Positions 36,413-46,101 of a stretch of 64,000 nt of DNA are shown here, in pieces. The translations under genes were made by a program, and so were the position numbers. Under the pieces are notes generated by a model. The model ran no database searches and was not told the origin of the DNA. It was given only the letters and a program-made list of their open reading frames with translations. This stretch comes from Patescibacteria group bacterium (GTDB lineage: Bacteria; Patescibacteriota; JABMPQ01; JAQVVF01), in the NCBI GenBank assembly GCA_041662665.1, contig JBAZSC010000001.1:449511-513510 (forward strand), given 5' to 3'. The number at the start of each line of letters is the position of its first letter. Positions within the stretch are counted from its first letter, which is position 1.

Positions 36413-37534
36413 TTAGTCATTAATTTCTTTTCCAGTCCATTCTTCCAAAACTTCATCAATATCAATAGCTTTTATTTCAGGAAGTTTTGTTCCTGCTTTA
36501 TCCTCTTGTGCTGACAATTGCAATCTTTCAATTTTTTCATTAACCTCTAATTCTTTTTGAGATAATTTTTTAATTTCTAATGGAGAAGTTGTTTTTTCTC
36601 TTTGTTGCTGAACTTTCAAAAGTTTTTCTTCAAGTTGCTTAATTTTGCCAGGAGCATCAATAACTTGCAATCTAACCATTGCCGAAGCTTCATCAATTAG
36701 ATCAATTGCTTTGTCTGGCAGATATCTATTTTTGATATATTTATCAGATAATCTAGCAGCTGCCTCAATTGCTTCAGGAGTAATAATTACTTTATGATGA
36801 TCTTCATAAACTTTTTTTAGACCATTTAAAATTCTAATTGTCATTTCAACATCAGGTGGCTCAACCATAACAGGCTGAAAACGTCTCTCCAAACTCGCTT
36901 CTGGTTTTATGTATTGATTATATTCATCCAAAGTTGTTGCACCTACAGCCTGCAGATCACCACGAGCTAATGCTGGCTTAATAATATCAGAAGGATCCAA
37001 AGCGCCTTCAGCGCCTTTTGATTGAACAATAAGATGAACTTCATCAATAAATAAAATAATTGTTCTATTTGAAGCTTTTAATTCATCCATTACTTTTCTT
37101 AATCTTTGTTCAAATTCTCCTCTATATTTTGTGCCAGCAATCAAACTACTAACATTGAGAGCTAATACTCTTTTGTTTTGCAAACTTTCTGGAACTTTTT
37201 TCTCAACAATTCTTTGCGCTAATCCTTCAACAATTGCAGTTTTTCCAACGCCAGCTTTACCTAAAAGAATTGGATTATTTTTTGTTCTTCTAGATAATAT
37301 TTGAGTGATTCTTTCAATTTCAGATTCGCGGTCAATGACTGGATCCAATCTTTTTTCTCTGGCATCAGTAGTTACATCTCTAGAATAAGAATCCAAAATT
37401 GGAGTTTTTCCTCCGCCCTTAGGCATTTTATAACTAGATCCTCCTGATCTTTTGAATCGATCGCGATTCATCCAAATTAAATAACCTAAGGCAACAACAA
37501 CCAAAAAAACAATTCCCCAAATACCAGTTGACAT
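36413..37534 (-). CDS. Membrane-anchored Clp/Hsp100-like AAA+ protein containing only the NBD1 module plus a coiled coil
   Basis: TM helix, then the ClpA/ClpB D1 signature (LLGKAGVGKTAIVEGLAQRI, ILFIDEVHLIV, sensor ALARGDLQAVGATT). C-terminal coiled coil. No NBD2. Confidence 0.65.
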   Translation of the reverse strand: MSTGIWGIVFLVVVALGYLIWMNRDRFKRSGGSSYKMPKGGGKTPILDSYSRDVTTDAREKRLDPVIDRESEIERITQILSRRTKNNPILLGKAGVGKTAIVEGLAQRIVEKKVPESLQNKRVLALNVSSLIAGTKYRGEFEQRLRKVMDELKASNRTIILFIDEVHLIVQSKGAEGALDPSDIIKPALARGDLQAVGATTLDEYNQYIKPEASLERRFQPVMVEPPDVEMTIRILNGLKKVYEDHHKVIITPEAIEAAARLSDKYIKNRYLPDKAIDLIDEASAMVRLQVIDAPGKIKQLEEKLLKVQQQREKTTSPLEIKKLSQKELEVNEKIERLQLSAQEDKAGTKLPEIKAIDIDEVLEEWTGKEIND

Positions 37535-37712
37535 AAAATTTTATTTTAATTTTAAATTTGATCTTAGAAGAATTTAACTTTCTTCTTCTACCTATATTTT
37601 AATAAATAAATTATACAATAAAATAAAAAAAATAACCAACTAACAATTAACAATAAAGCAATTTAACAATTTTTAATTATATGTTAATATATTTGTAAGT
37701 TAACATTTATCT

Positions 37713-38162
37713 ATGGCAACAAAACAACACGAAACAGCTCCAGACGTAGAATCGGAAATCGAAAAACTAAAAGCTCAACTTGAAGAAAAAGAAAAAATGC
37801 TTGCAACTCAAAAAGCTGAAGCACCACAAGAAGCAACACAACAAGTTGAACAAAAAGAAGAATTAGAAAAAAGAGAGCAAGCAGAAAAAGCAGTCGCTGA
37901 AATAAAAACAGCGCCAGCAAAAGAACAAAAAACTGTTTCACCTTCAATGACTGATGCTGATTTAGTCAAAGATCTCCAAAGTGTAATGACTATGGACAAG
38001 CCTCAACAAGTCAAGACCTTGATCTATTTAGCATTTAAAAAAGGAGTTCGATATTCTTTTAGCATTGCAAAACAATTAAAAGATCCATATCTTTTAGACG
38101 AATTCCATGATACACTAGTAGATGAACTTTATCAGCAATTGTTGAAAAAACGCAAAATTTAA
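37713..38162 (+). CDS. Hypothetical coiled-coil protein, E/K/Q-rich
   Basis: 149-aa ORF immediately upstream of the VirD4-like gene. No recognisable motif. Confidence 0.4.
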   Translation: MATKQHETAPDVESEIEKLKAQLEEKEKMLATQKAEAPQEATQQVEQKEELEKREQAEKAVAEIKTAPAKEQKTVSPSMTDADLVKDLQSVMTMDKPQQVKTLIYLAFKKGVRYSFSIAKQLKDPYLLDEFHDTLVDELYQQLLKKRKI

Positions 38163-38180
38163 ATAAAACAAATCTAAAAA

Positions 38181-40700
38181 ATGCAAAATCAAATCCAAAG
38201 CTTAATTAGCTCAATTAACCAGTCTTATTTTGGTATTATTTTTATTATCGGTTTTTTTGTTTTAGGAATAATTTTGATTTTCATTTTATTATCAGTAATG
38301 CGTAATAGAAATGTCATTCCGCATTCTTTAAATATGATTACTTTGCTTATCTCGGTTCCAAAAGAAGGCAAGCAAGCCATGGAAGAAGCAAGAAAGGAAG
38401 AAAAAGAAATGATTTCTGTTGCTGAAACAATGTTTGCAAATATTTATTCAATAGAGACAGCATCAAATCGTTTTATGTCTGGACTTTATGGCAAGGAATA
38501 TGTTGCTTTTGAAATTGTTGCACACAATGGAGAAATTCGTTTTTATGTTTCAACTCCAAGAAGACTAAAAGATTATGTAGAGAAAACAATTCATTCTCAA
38601 TATCCAAAAGCCTACATTTCCGAAGAAGGCGAATACAATATTTTCAAACCAAAGAGCCAAGTAAAAGGCACAATGTTAGTTTCTGAAAAACAAAATTTTT
38701 TACCTATTAAGACTTATCAAACACTAGAATCAGATCCTCTTAATGCAATTACTAATGCCTTAAGCAAATTAGATGAAAAAACAGAAGGCGCAGGAATTCA
38801 GTACTTAATTAGACCAGCAAGTAAGGCTTGGATGAAAAAAGGTCCATTTATCGCCAGAAAAATGCAACGAGGTGAAACTTTTGAATATGCTTCTGCAGGT
38901 CTTTTTGGTAAACTTTTTAAAAGAAAACAAGAAGGCAAATCTACAGTTTTAGAGCAAGCTATTTTGCCAGGTACGAATCCTCAACAGCAACAAATGGAAC
39001 AAACAATGCTCTCTCCAATGATTCAAGAACAATTAAAAGCATTGGAAATCAAATCTTCTAAGCTTGGCTTTGAAACAAATATCAGAATTATTTCGTCATC
39101 AGATATGGAAACAAAAGCAGAAGCAAATTTAAGAAATATTGTCGGTGCTTATACACAATATGTTGATAATAATGCTAACAAATTTATAGAAAAAAAAGTC
39201 AGCACAAAAAACGTTGTTCAAGGCTTCATTTTTCGAACTTTTGATGAAAAGAGAAAATGCATTCTAAATACCGAAGAATTAGCTTCATTATTTCATTTGC
39301 CAACAAAATTTACTGAGACTCCAAATATTCATTGGCTATTAGCGAGAGATGCTCCAGCTCCTCCAAACACTCCAAAAGAAGGATTATTATTAGGTAAAAA
39401 TGTTTTTCGTGGAATTGAGACTCCTATTCATATTAAAGATGATGATCGAAGAAGGCATATGTACATTATCGGTCAAACTGGTGTCGGTAAGTCAAATCTT
39501 CTTACAAATATGATTATTCAAGATATTCAGAATGGCAAAGGACTTTGCGTTATTGATCCTCATGGCGATTTAGTAGAAAGCATTTTACCTTTTGTTCCAA
39601 AAGAAAGAGTTGATGATATTATTTTATTTGAGCCATTTGATATTAATCGTCCAATGGGTTTGAATATGCTTGAATTTAAGACCGAAGATCAAAAAGATTT
39701 CGCTGTTCAAGAAATGATGGCAATTTTCTATAAATTATTTCCTCCAGAAATGATTGGTCCTATGTTTGAGCACAGCATGCGTAATGTCATGCTGACATTG
39801 ATGTCTGACAAAGAAAATCCAGGAACTTTAGCAGAAATTCCTCGTATGTTTACAGACAATGATTACGCAAAAGAATGGATTGCAAAATTAAAAGATCCAA
39901 TTGTTAAAGCTTTCTGGGAGAAAGAAATGGCAAAGACCTCAGATTTCCACAAATCTGAAATGCTCGGTTATTTAATTTCAAAAGTTGGTCGTTTCGTTGA
40001 AAATGAAATGATGAGGAATATTATTGGTCAAAGCCATTCTTCATTTGATTTAAGAAAAATAATGGATGAAGGCAAGGTTTTGCTCGTTAATCTTTCCAAA
40101 GGCAAAATGGGAGAAGCAAATTCATCTTTGCTTGGTTTAATTATCGTTTCAAAAATCCAAATGGCTGCATATTCAAGAGCTGATATTCCAGAAGAAGAAA
40201 GACGAGATTTTTATCTTTATGTTGATGAGTTCCAAAATTTCGCAACAGATAGCTTTGGCTCCATTCTGTCTGAAGCTAGAAAATATCGACTAAGCTTAAT
40301 TGTTGCACATCAATATATTGCTCAGCTTGAAGAAAAAATTAGAGATGCTGTCTTTGGCAATGTCGGTTCTTTCTGTTCATTTAGAGTCGGCGTTGCAGAT
40401 GCCGAAATCGTTGCCAAAGAATTTGATCCAGTTTTTAATGAAAACGATGTTATCAATATTGAAAAATTTCATGCTTATATCAGATTAATGATTGAAAGCG
40501 CAAAATCAAAAGCATTCACAATGGGAACTTATCCGCCATCAGAAGGAGCAAATCAAAAAATCGCTAATGCTGTTCGAGAATTATCTCGCTTGCAATATGG
40601 CAGAAGCAGATCAATGGTAGAATCAGAAATCATGGAACGAGCTCAAATCGGTGTTGCCGAAAAAAAGGCACTTGAAGTAGCTGGAGAGAAAACTTTATAG
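38181..40700 (+). CDS. VirD4/TraG/TraD-family type IV coupling-protein-like ATPase
   Basis: N-terminal TM helix. Walker A GQTGVGKS with DPHGD. Walker B/TraG-D_C region LYVDEFQNF. 839 aa. Confidence 0.65.
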   Translation: MQNQIQSLISSINQSYFGIIFIIGFFVLGIILIFILLSVMRNRNVIPHSLNMITLLISVPKEGKQAMEEARKEEKEMISVAETMFANIYSIETASNRFMSGLYGKEYVAFEIVAHNGEIRFYVSTPRRLKDYVEKTIHSQYPKAYISEEGEYNIFKPKSQVKGTMLVSEKQNFLPIKTYQTLESDPLNAITNALSKLDEKTEGAGIQYLIRPASKAWMKKGPFIARKMQRGETFEYASAGLFGKLFKRKQEGKSTVLEQAILPGTNPQQQQMEQTMLSPMIQEQLKALEIKSSKLGFETNIRIISSSDMETKAEANLRNIVGAYTQYVDNNANKFIEKKVSTKNVVQGFIFRTFDEKRKCILNTEELASLFHLPTKFTETPNIHWLLARDAPAPPNTPKEGLLLGKNVFRGIETPIHIKDDDRRRHMYIIGQTGVGKSNLLTNMIIQDIQNGKGLCVIDPHGDLVESILPFVPKERVDDIILFEPFDINRPMGLNMLEFKTEDQKDFAVQEMMAIFYKLFPPEMIGPMFEHSMRNVMLTLMSDKENPGTLAEIPRMFTDNDYAKEWIAKLKDPIVKAFWEKEMAKTSDFHKSEMLGYLISKVGRFVENEMMRNIIGQSHSSFDLRKIMDEGKVLLVNLSKGKMGEANSSLLGLIIVSKIQMAAYSRADIPEEERRDFYLYVDEFQNFATDSFGSILSEARKYRLSLIVAHQYIAQLEEKIRDAVFGNVGSFCSFRVGVADAEIVAKEFDPVFNENDVINIEKFHAYIRLMIESAKSKAFTMGTYPPSEGANQKIANAVRELSRLQYGRSRSMVESEIMERAQIGVAEKKALEVAGEKTL

Positions 40701-40887
40701 CGAGAATTATGAATCAAGAATTACGAATCATGAAATCATTATTCTTTATTCATAATTCATTATTCATCAAAAATACTTGCTTATTTTAATAAATATGCTA
40801 AAATAAAACCATTACATTCGCATATTTGTAACATTTGCATAAATTCGTATATTCGTATTATACTTTAAATAAAATAAAAACAAATAT

Positions 40888-41481
40888 ATGTCAAATCAAA
40901 AACCAGTAGACTTAGAATTTTTGCGACAGATGCTTCAAAGCGCTGAGCGCAATATTCAAAGCGCAATGCGACTTTTAGAAGACAAAAAAGAATTAACTTC
41001 TGCCGAGATCAAACAGCTTGAAAAAAGAGATAATGATTTCAAGAAAAAAGCAAAGAAACTTTCTATATTAGAAAAAGACAAGATAATCGAAGGTGTTTTT
41101 GATGGACAAAACATGATTGGACCTGATGAAAAACAATATCCAATTCCTGCAAATTATGCTTCAAAATCAAAATTAGTTGAAGGCGATGTTTTGAAATTGA
41201 CAATTGCTGGTGACGGCACATTTATGTACAAGCAAATTGGTCCAATAGAGAGAAAGAAAATAATTGGTACGATTATCAAAGAAGATGGTGAAATAAAAGT
41301 TAATGCAGAAAATAAAAAATACAAATGTTTGACAGCATCTTTGACATATTTCAAAGCTGAAGAAGGCGATCAAGTCACAATTATTGTTCCAAAAGATAAA
41401 GAAAGCACTTGGGCTGCTGTAGAAAATGTCATCAAAAAAAATAATGGTGACGCTGTTTTGTCAGATGATTTAGAGATCTAA
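40888..41481 (+). CDS. Hypothetical protein
   Basis: 197-aa ORF preceded by an attcgtat/atttgcat word-repeat promoter region. No recognisable motif. Confidence 0.4.
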   Translation: MSNQKPVDLEFLRQMLQSAERNIQSAMRLLEDKKELTSAEIKQLEKRDNDFKKKAKKLSILEKDKIIEGVFDGQNMIGPDEKQYPIPANYASKSKLVEGDVLKLTIAGDGTFMYKQIGPIERKKIIGTIIKEDGEIKVNAENKKYKCLTASLTYFKAEEGDQVTIIVPKDKESTWAAVENVIKKNNGDAVLSDDLEI

Positions 41482-41542
41482 CGCAACAGATTTTCACAGA
41501 TTTAAGACAGATAATGACAAATTACGCAGATTAATTTTACTT

Positions 41543-42004
41543 ATGAACTTCATAGATAAAATCACTCAAAAATATCCAACAGTATATCAATTTTTTAAAT
41601 TTGTTGTTACTGGCGGTATAAATACTATTGTTGATTTTGGCGTTTTGAATATTTTAATTTTTTCGACTAGCAAATCATCTGGAATTTATTTTTCAGTTTT
41701 TAAAGGTATTTCATTTACTGTCGCAGTTATCAACAGTTATTTTTTCAACAGATTCTGGACATTCAAAGACCGTCAAGAAAAAAATCCAGCAGCTCAATTT
41801 GGTAAATTCATTTTAATTAGTGTTATTGGTTTTGGAGTTAATGTCGGAGTCGCATCTTTGATTGTAAACGTTATTGGCGCGCAATTTGGAATTACCGAAC
41901 ATCTATGGGCTAATATCGGTGCTCTTTTAGCAACTGCAGTCTCATGGATTTGGAATTTCACAGGTTATAAATTTTGGGCTTTCAAGAAAACAGTTAACAA
42001 TTAA
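41543..42004 (+). CDS. GtrA-family membrane protein
   Basis: FKFVVTGGINTIVDFGVLNIL... Four TM helices. 153 aa. Confidence 0.7.
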   Translation: MNFIDKITQKYPTVYQFFKFVVTGGINTIVDFGVLNILIFSTSKSSGIYFSVFKGISFTVAVINSYFFNRFWTFKDRQEKNPAAQFGKFILISVIGFGVNVGVASLIVNVIGAQFGITEHLWANIGALLATAVSWIWNFTGYKFWAFKKTVNN

Positions 42005-42028
42005 CTTTTAACAGTTAACAAACTAAAA

Positions 42029-42403
42029 ATGTTTACGAGGGATAAAACATTTAGGTTCCGAAATTTTAAGGTATACAAAGATTCTAAAATTTTTTATAGA
42101 AATATAAATAATATTACAAAGATATTTCCAAAAGATTGCCTTTATGAATTAACTAGTCAGTTAAAAAGAAGTGCACTATCAATTGTTTTAAATATTGCTG
42201 AAGGATCAGCAAAAGAATCGGATAAAGATTTCAAGAGATATTTAGGCAATTCTCTTGGATCAATTAATGAGGTAGTAGCTTGTTTAGATATAGCTTTTGA
42301 AAGTAAGTATGTTTCAAATGAGGTCTACTTGAAACTTGTTGACCAGGCTCAAGGTATAGCAAAACAGTTAGGAGGATTTTACAAAAAATTAAAAAATAGT
42401 TAG
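42029..42403 (+). CDS. Four-helix-bundle protein (TIGR02436; 23S rRNA IVS-encoded protein family)
   Basis: FKxYxDSKxFYRxI...LxSQLxRSALSIxLNIAEG signature. 124 aa. Flanked by GTTAAC-word repeats. Confidence 0.7.
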   Translation: MFTRDKTFRFRNFKVYKDSKIFYRNINNITKIFPKDCLYELTSQLKRSALSIVLNIAEGSAKESDKDFKRYLGNSLGSINEVVACLDIAFESKYVSNEVYLKLVDQAQGIAKQLGGFYKKLKNS

Positions 42404-42464
42404 TATTTAATAGTTAACATCAGTCAATTGTTAACTGTTAAATGTTAACTGTTAACTGTTAATT

Positions 42465-44141
42465 ATGTTGGCTCTATACCGTAAATACCGACCGAGCAAA
42501 TTTCAGGAGGTTATCGGCCAGGATCATATTACACAAACATTAATCAATTCTTTAAAGATGGGCAAAATGCAACATGCCTATCTTTTTTGTGGTCCAAAAG
42601 GAACAGGAAAAACAACAATGGCAAGGATTATTGCCAAAGCTGTCAATTGTTTAGATTTAGAAAATTTAAAACAAACAGGCGAGCCATGTTTGAAATGCGA
42701 AAATTGCAAAGAAATCCAAAATAATTCTTTAGATATTATTGAAGTTGATGCTGCTTCAAATCGAGGTATTGATGAGATTCGAGAGCTTCGCGATGCTTCC
42801 AGATTTACGCCATCAAAATTAAAATTTAAAGTTTTCATTATTGATGAAGTCCACATGTTAACAAAAGAAGCTTTTAATGCGCTTCTTAAAACATTGGAAG
42901 AACCGCCAGCTCACATTCTCTTTATTTTAGCAACAACCGAACATTTTAAAGTTCCAGATACAATCAAATCTCGTTGTCAGCGCTTTGATTTAAGAAAGAT
43001 TTCAATTGATAATCTAATTTCTCATTTAAAAACTATTGCAGAAAAAGAGAATATTAAAATAGATGATAATTCTTTAAAATTAATTTCTGCAAATGCCAGC
43101 GGTTCATCAAGAGATGCTTTAAGTTTATTAAGCAGTCTATCCGCATTTGCTGATTCCAATTTAACTTATGAAAAAGTTAAGGAAATATTAGGCATTACTG
43201 ATCAAATCATTTTAACAAAGTTTGTTGATTTCATAATTAACAAAGATTGCCAATCAGCAATTAAACAAATTAATGAATTAGTTGATAATGGCGTTAATTT
43301 AAATCAATTCAGCTTAGATCTAATTGATTATTTAAGAAAATTATTGTTATTGAAAGTAAGTCCAGAATTATCAAATCTTTCCGGATTTAGTATTTCGGAT
43401 GAGCAAACAAAAAAAATGCAAGATCAAGCTTCAAAAATTGATCAGATTTTTTTATTAAAATTTATTGATTCAGTAATAAAAAGAAGCAAAGAAATTAACG
43501 ATACGCCATTTGTCCAACTTTCACTTGAATTAGCAATTATTGAAAATTTGCCAGAAAAAACAAATGTTCAACAACAACCAGAATTGCCAGTAGCGCCAGA
43601 TTTGCAAAAGCCTATTGTCGAAAATAAAATAGAACAGCAAACTGTTAGCCAAGCAAAACCAATAATCAGCGAAACACCAAAAACAGAAATTGCCAAGCCA
43701 GTTGTTGCAAATAATAATGAAGCTGCAAAACCAATTACTCAAAATAACTTGCCAAGCCAAAATCAACCATTTAGCGATTTGAATATTTCTAAAATTCAAG
43801 GACAATGGCCGAAAATAATTGCCGAGATAAAAAAAGCAAATTATTCTTTAGCAGGCATTTTGAATACTTTGAAATTAATCAGTTTAGAAAATAATTTCTT
43901 AACTCTTGCATGTCCATATCCATTTCATCAAGAAATAATTCATGAAATGAAAAACAAGATTTTACTTGAGGAAGCAATTACTAAAATAGTTAATACAAAA
44001 ATATTAACGAAGCTCATCTTGATGAAAGATTTGCCAAAAGAAGTTCAAGAAAATATTAATAAAGAAAACGTCCAAAAAGAAAAACAAAAAACAGCAGATC
44101 TTTATAATGCTGCTGTCTCTGCGTTCACAGACAATATATAA
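42465..44141 (+). CDS. dnaX: DNA polymerase III subunit gamma/tau
   Basis: RPSKFQEVIGQDHI. Walker A GPKGTGKTT. Zn module CLKCENC. SRC motif. Confidence 0.9.
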   Translation: MLALYRKYRPSKFQEVIGQDHITQTLINSLKMGKMQHAYLFCGPKGTGKTTMARIIAKAVNCLDLENLKQTGEPCLKCENCKEIQNNSLDIIEVDAASNRGIDEIRELRDASRFTPSKLKFKVFIIDEVHMLTKEAFNALLKTLEEPPAHILFILATTEHFKVPDTIKSRCQRFDLRKISIDNLISHLKTIAEKENIKIDDNSLKLISANASGSSRDALSLLSSLSAFADSNLTYEKVKEILGITDQIILTKFVDFIINKDCQSAIKQINELVDNGVNLNQFSLDLIDYLRKLLLLKVSPELSNLSGFSISDEQTKKMQDQASKIDQIFLLKFIDSVIKRSKEINDTPFVQLSLELAIIENLPEKTNVQQQPELPVAPDLQKPIVENKIEQQTVSQAKPIISETPKTEIAKPVVANNNEAAKPITQNNLPSQNQPFSDLNISKIQGQWPKIIAEIKKANYSLAGILNTLKLISLENNFLTLACPYPFHQEIIHEMKNKILLEEAITKIVNTKILTKLILMKDLPKEVQENINKENVQKEKQKTADLYNAAVSAFTDNI

Positions 44142-44164
44142 TTTTTATAACCATTAGATATATT

Positions 44165-44220
44165 TTCTGCATTTTCTGCGATTAATAATTTTGCAATCAA
44201 AAATTATTAATTCTGCGTCA
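44165..44220. repeat. Palindromic intergenic element ttctgcg-ATTAATAATTTTGcaatcCAAAATTATTAAT-tctgcg (copy 1)
   Basis: 13-bp perfect inverted arms flanked by TTCTGCG words. A near-identical copy is at ~61000-61074. Confidence 0.5.
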
Positions 44221-44259
44221 AAAATTTTGTCACAAAAATTTTTGACTCAGCGTAGATAA

Positions 44260-44922
44260 TTATTCTTCGCCTCCAGTCCCGCCACCGCCAGTTTCACCTC
44301 CGCCTCCTCCTTGTCCGCCAGAAAGCATTGAGTCAATTTTTGCTGCATTATCCTCTTCAGCTTTGTCCAGCTTTTCAAATTGATTTGATTTAGACGCTCT
44401 ATCAAAATATTTTGTTTGTTCACTTTGTTCCAATCTATCAATTTCTTCTTGAGAATATCTACTTCGATCAACATCAGAACTTGGCTGTCTCTGTAAGCCT
44501 TGCTGTTGTTGGCCAGCTTTCTGCAATCTAACGTCTTCTTCAACTTGTCTTCCAAAAGCTCCTGTTTGAGATATCTCGCCTTGTTGCTCAACTTTTTCTA
44601 CCCATTCAGGAGTTTTCATTCCACCTTTTTGCATTTCGCCTTTTTGTATCTCCTGTCCTTTTACTTCTCTTGAAGGCATTTCTGGTTTTTTGAAAGTTTC
44701 TTGTTTTGCTTGAGTTGGTTGCTCAATAGTTTTCATTACCTTTTTGGCACCGGATTCACTCATGCCTTTTTCCTTAAGAAATCTCTCAGTTTCACTTGTC
44801 GACATCTTGTAGCCTGGAGCTTCTTTTAGAATATTTTTTGCTGTTTGTCCGCCTCTTTGCGACCAAGATGTTTTTGAGCCTTTCATTGCTTGTTTTAATT
44901 CTCTTTTTCCGATGTATGCCAT
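44260..44922 (-). CDS. Hypothetical low-complexity protein (K/E/Q-rich, Gly-rich C-terminus)
   Basis: 220-aa ORF 12 nt downstream of the preceding minus-strand gene. Overlaps alternative-frame ORF 44247..44591. Frame choice is uncertain. Confidence 0.35.
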   Translation of the reverse strand: MAYIGKRELKQAMKGSKTSWSQRGGQTAKNILKEAPGYKMSTSETERFLKEKGMSESGAKKVMKTIEQPTQAKQETFKKPEMPSREVKGQEIQKGEMQKGGMKTPEWVEKVEQQGEISQTGAFGRQVEEDVRLQKAGQQQQGLQRQPSSDVDRSRYSQEEIDRLEQSEQTKYFDRASKSNQFEKLDKAEEDNAAKIDSMLSGGQGGGGGETGGGGTGGEE

Positions 44923-44933
44923 ATTTTTATATT

Positions 44934-45338
44934 TTAATTTTTTAAATTATAGGATTGTTTAAGCCATTTCATCAATTCTGCATTAATATCTTTTTGATCA
45001 TGAACATCTATGCAAATTTTATAAAAATTTGCAGAAATTAAAACGCATTGTTTCAATCTTAATTTTTTAATTTTCTTATCAAAAGCAAATCTTATTTCCA
45101 GACCATCTTTTTTAGGTAATATTGCGACAAAATCATAATTGCCATATAAATGTATGCAACACGGCAAAGAAATTATTTTGCATTTTCCAACTTTTTTATT
45201 AACTTGTTCAACAAAATAATCAAAAATTTTCTTAGCCTTTTCTTTATTTTTAAAATGTTGTTGAAGAGGAATTTTTTGGCAGCTATGAGGTTGTCCTGTT
45301 TTTTCAAAAATCCTTCCGCATTTTTTGCAAGTCCACAT
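44934..45338 (-). CDS. Hypothetical protein with an N-terminal CxxC...HxC zinc-binding motif
   Basis: MWTCKKCGRIFEKTGQPHSC. 134 aa. Confidence 0.4.
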   Translation of the reverse strand: MWTCKKCGRIFEKTGQPHSCQKIPLQQHFKNKEKAKKIFDYFVEQVNKKVGKCKIISLPCCIHLYGNYDFVAILPKKDGLEIRFAFDKKIKKLRLKQCVLISANFYKICIDVHDQKDINAELMKWLKQSYNLKN

Positions 45339-45470
45339 AATTATTTCTTAATATTTTAACATTTTTAGTATATCATATTTGACAATATTTTAAAGCAAGG
45401 ATAAAATATTCGTAATGTTAAGTTCAAAGTAATTTTTCATTTATAATTTAGCATTTATAATTCGCAACGT

Positions 45471-45541
45471 TCCGGGGTCGTCTAATGGTAGGACAGTAGC
45501 CTTTGAAGCTGCTTATCTTGGTTCGAATCCAAGCCCCGGAG
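45471..45541 (+). tRNA. tRNA-Gln (anticodon UUG)
   Basis: Hand-folded cloverleaf. Acceptor TCCGGGG/CCCCGGA (U1:A72). D-arm GTCT-AATGGTA-GGAC. Anticodon arm GTAGC-CTTTGAA-GCTGC (U33, UUG, A37). T-arm CTTGG-TTCGAAT-CCAAG. Discriminator G. No encoded CCA. Confidence 0.75.
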
Positions 45542-45567
45542 TTTTTGTACTTAAAAATTAGTAAAAC

Positions 45568-46101
45568 ATGAAAATAAATTGGGATAAAATTAGCGAAAAA
45601 AGTATAGAAAAATCAAAATGGCGTAAAATGATTAGAAGAAAATTTGCATTTCCAAATGGCAAAGCAGTCGATTTCGATTTAAAAAAAGAAGGTCCATTTG
45701 TTTGCATTTTAGCGATAACAAAAAATAATAAAGTAATACTTGCAAAACAATTTCGTCCAGGTCCAGAAAAAATATTATTAGAATTGCCAGGCGGTTATAT
45801 AGACAAAGGCGAAACACCAGCAAATGCAGCTAAAAGAGAATTATTAGAAGAAACAGGATATATTGGCAAAATAAAATTTATTGGCAAAAGCTTAGACGAT
45901 GCATATTCAACTTTAATTAGATATAATTTTGTTGCAACTAATTGCATTAAAAAAGATGTTAAAAATATTAAAAAAGATCAAAATGAATTTATTAAAATTG
46001 TCGAAATGCCAATTAAAAAATTTCGTCAGCATTTACAAAGTGGTATGCTGACTGATATTGAAGTCGGATATCTTGGATTGGATTTTCTCAAATTACTTTA
46101 A
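45568..46101 (+). CDS. Nudix hydrolase (ADP-ribose pyrophosphatase-like)
   Basis: Nudix box GGYIDKGETPANAAKRELLEETGY. Confidence 0.8.
   Translation: MKINWDKISEKSIEKSKWRKMIRRKFAFPNGKAVDFDLKKEGPFVCILAITKNNKVILAKQFRPGPEKILLELPGGYIDKGETPANAAKRELLEETGYIGKIKFIGKSLDDAYSTLIRYNFVATNCIKKDVKNIKKDQNEFIKIVEMPIKKFRQHLQSGMLTDIEVGYLGLDFLKLL

Noticed and set aside
44247-44591. Alternative-frame ORF 44247..44591(-)
   Set aside because: It overlaps the 220-aa ORF 44260..44922. Only one can be real. The longer one was kept at low confidence, as it starts 12 nt after the upstream gene.
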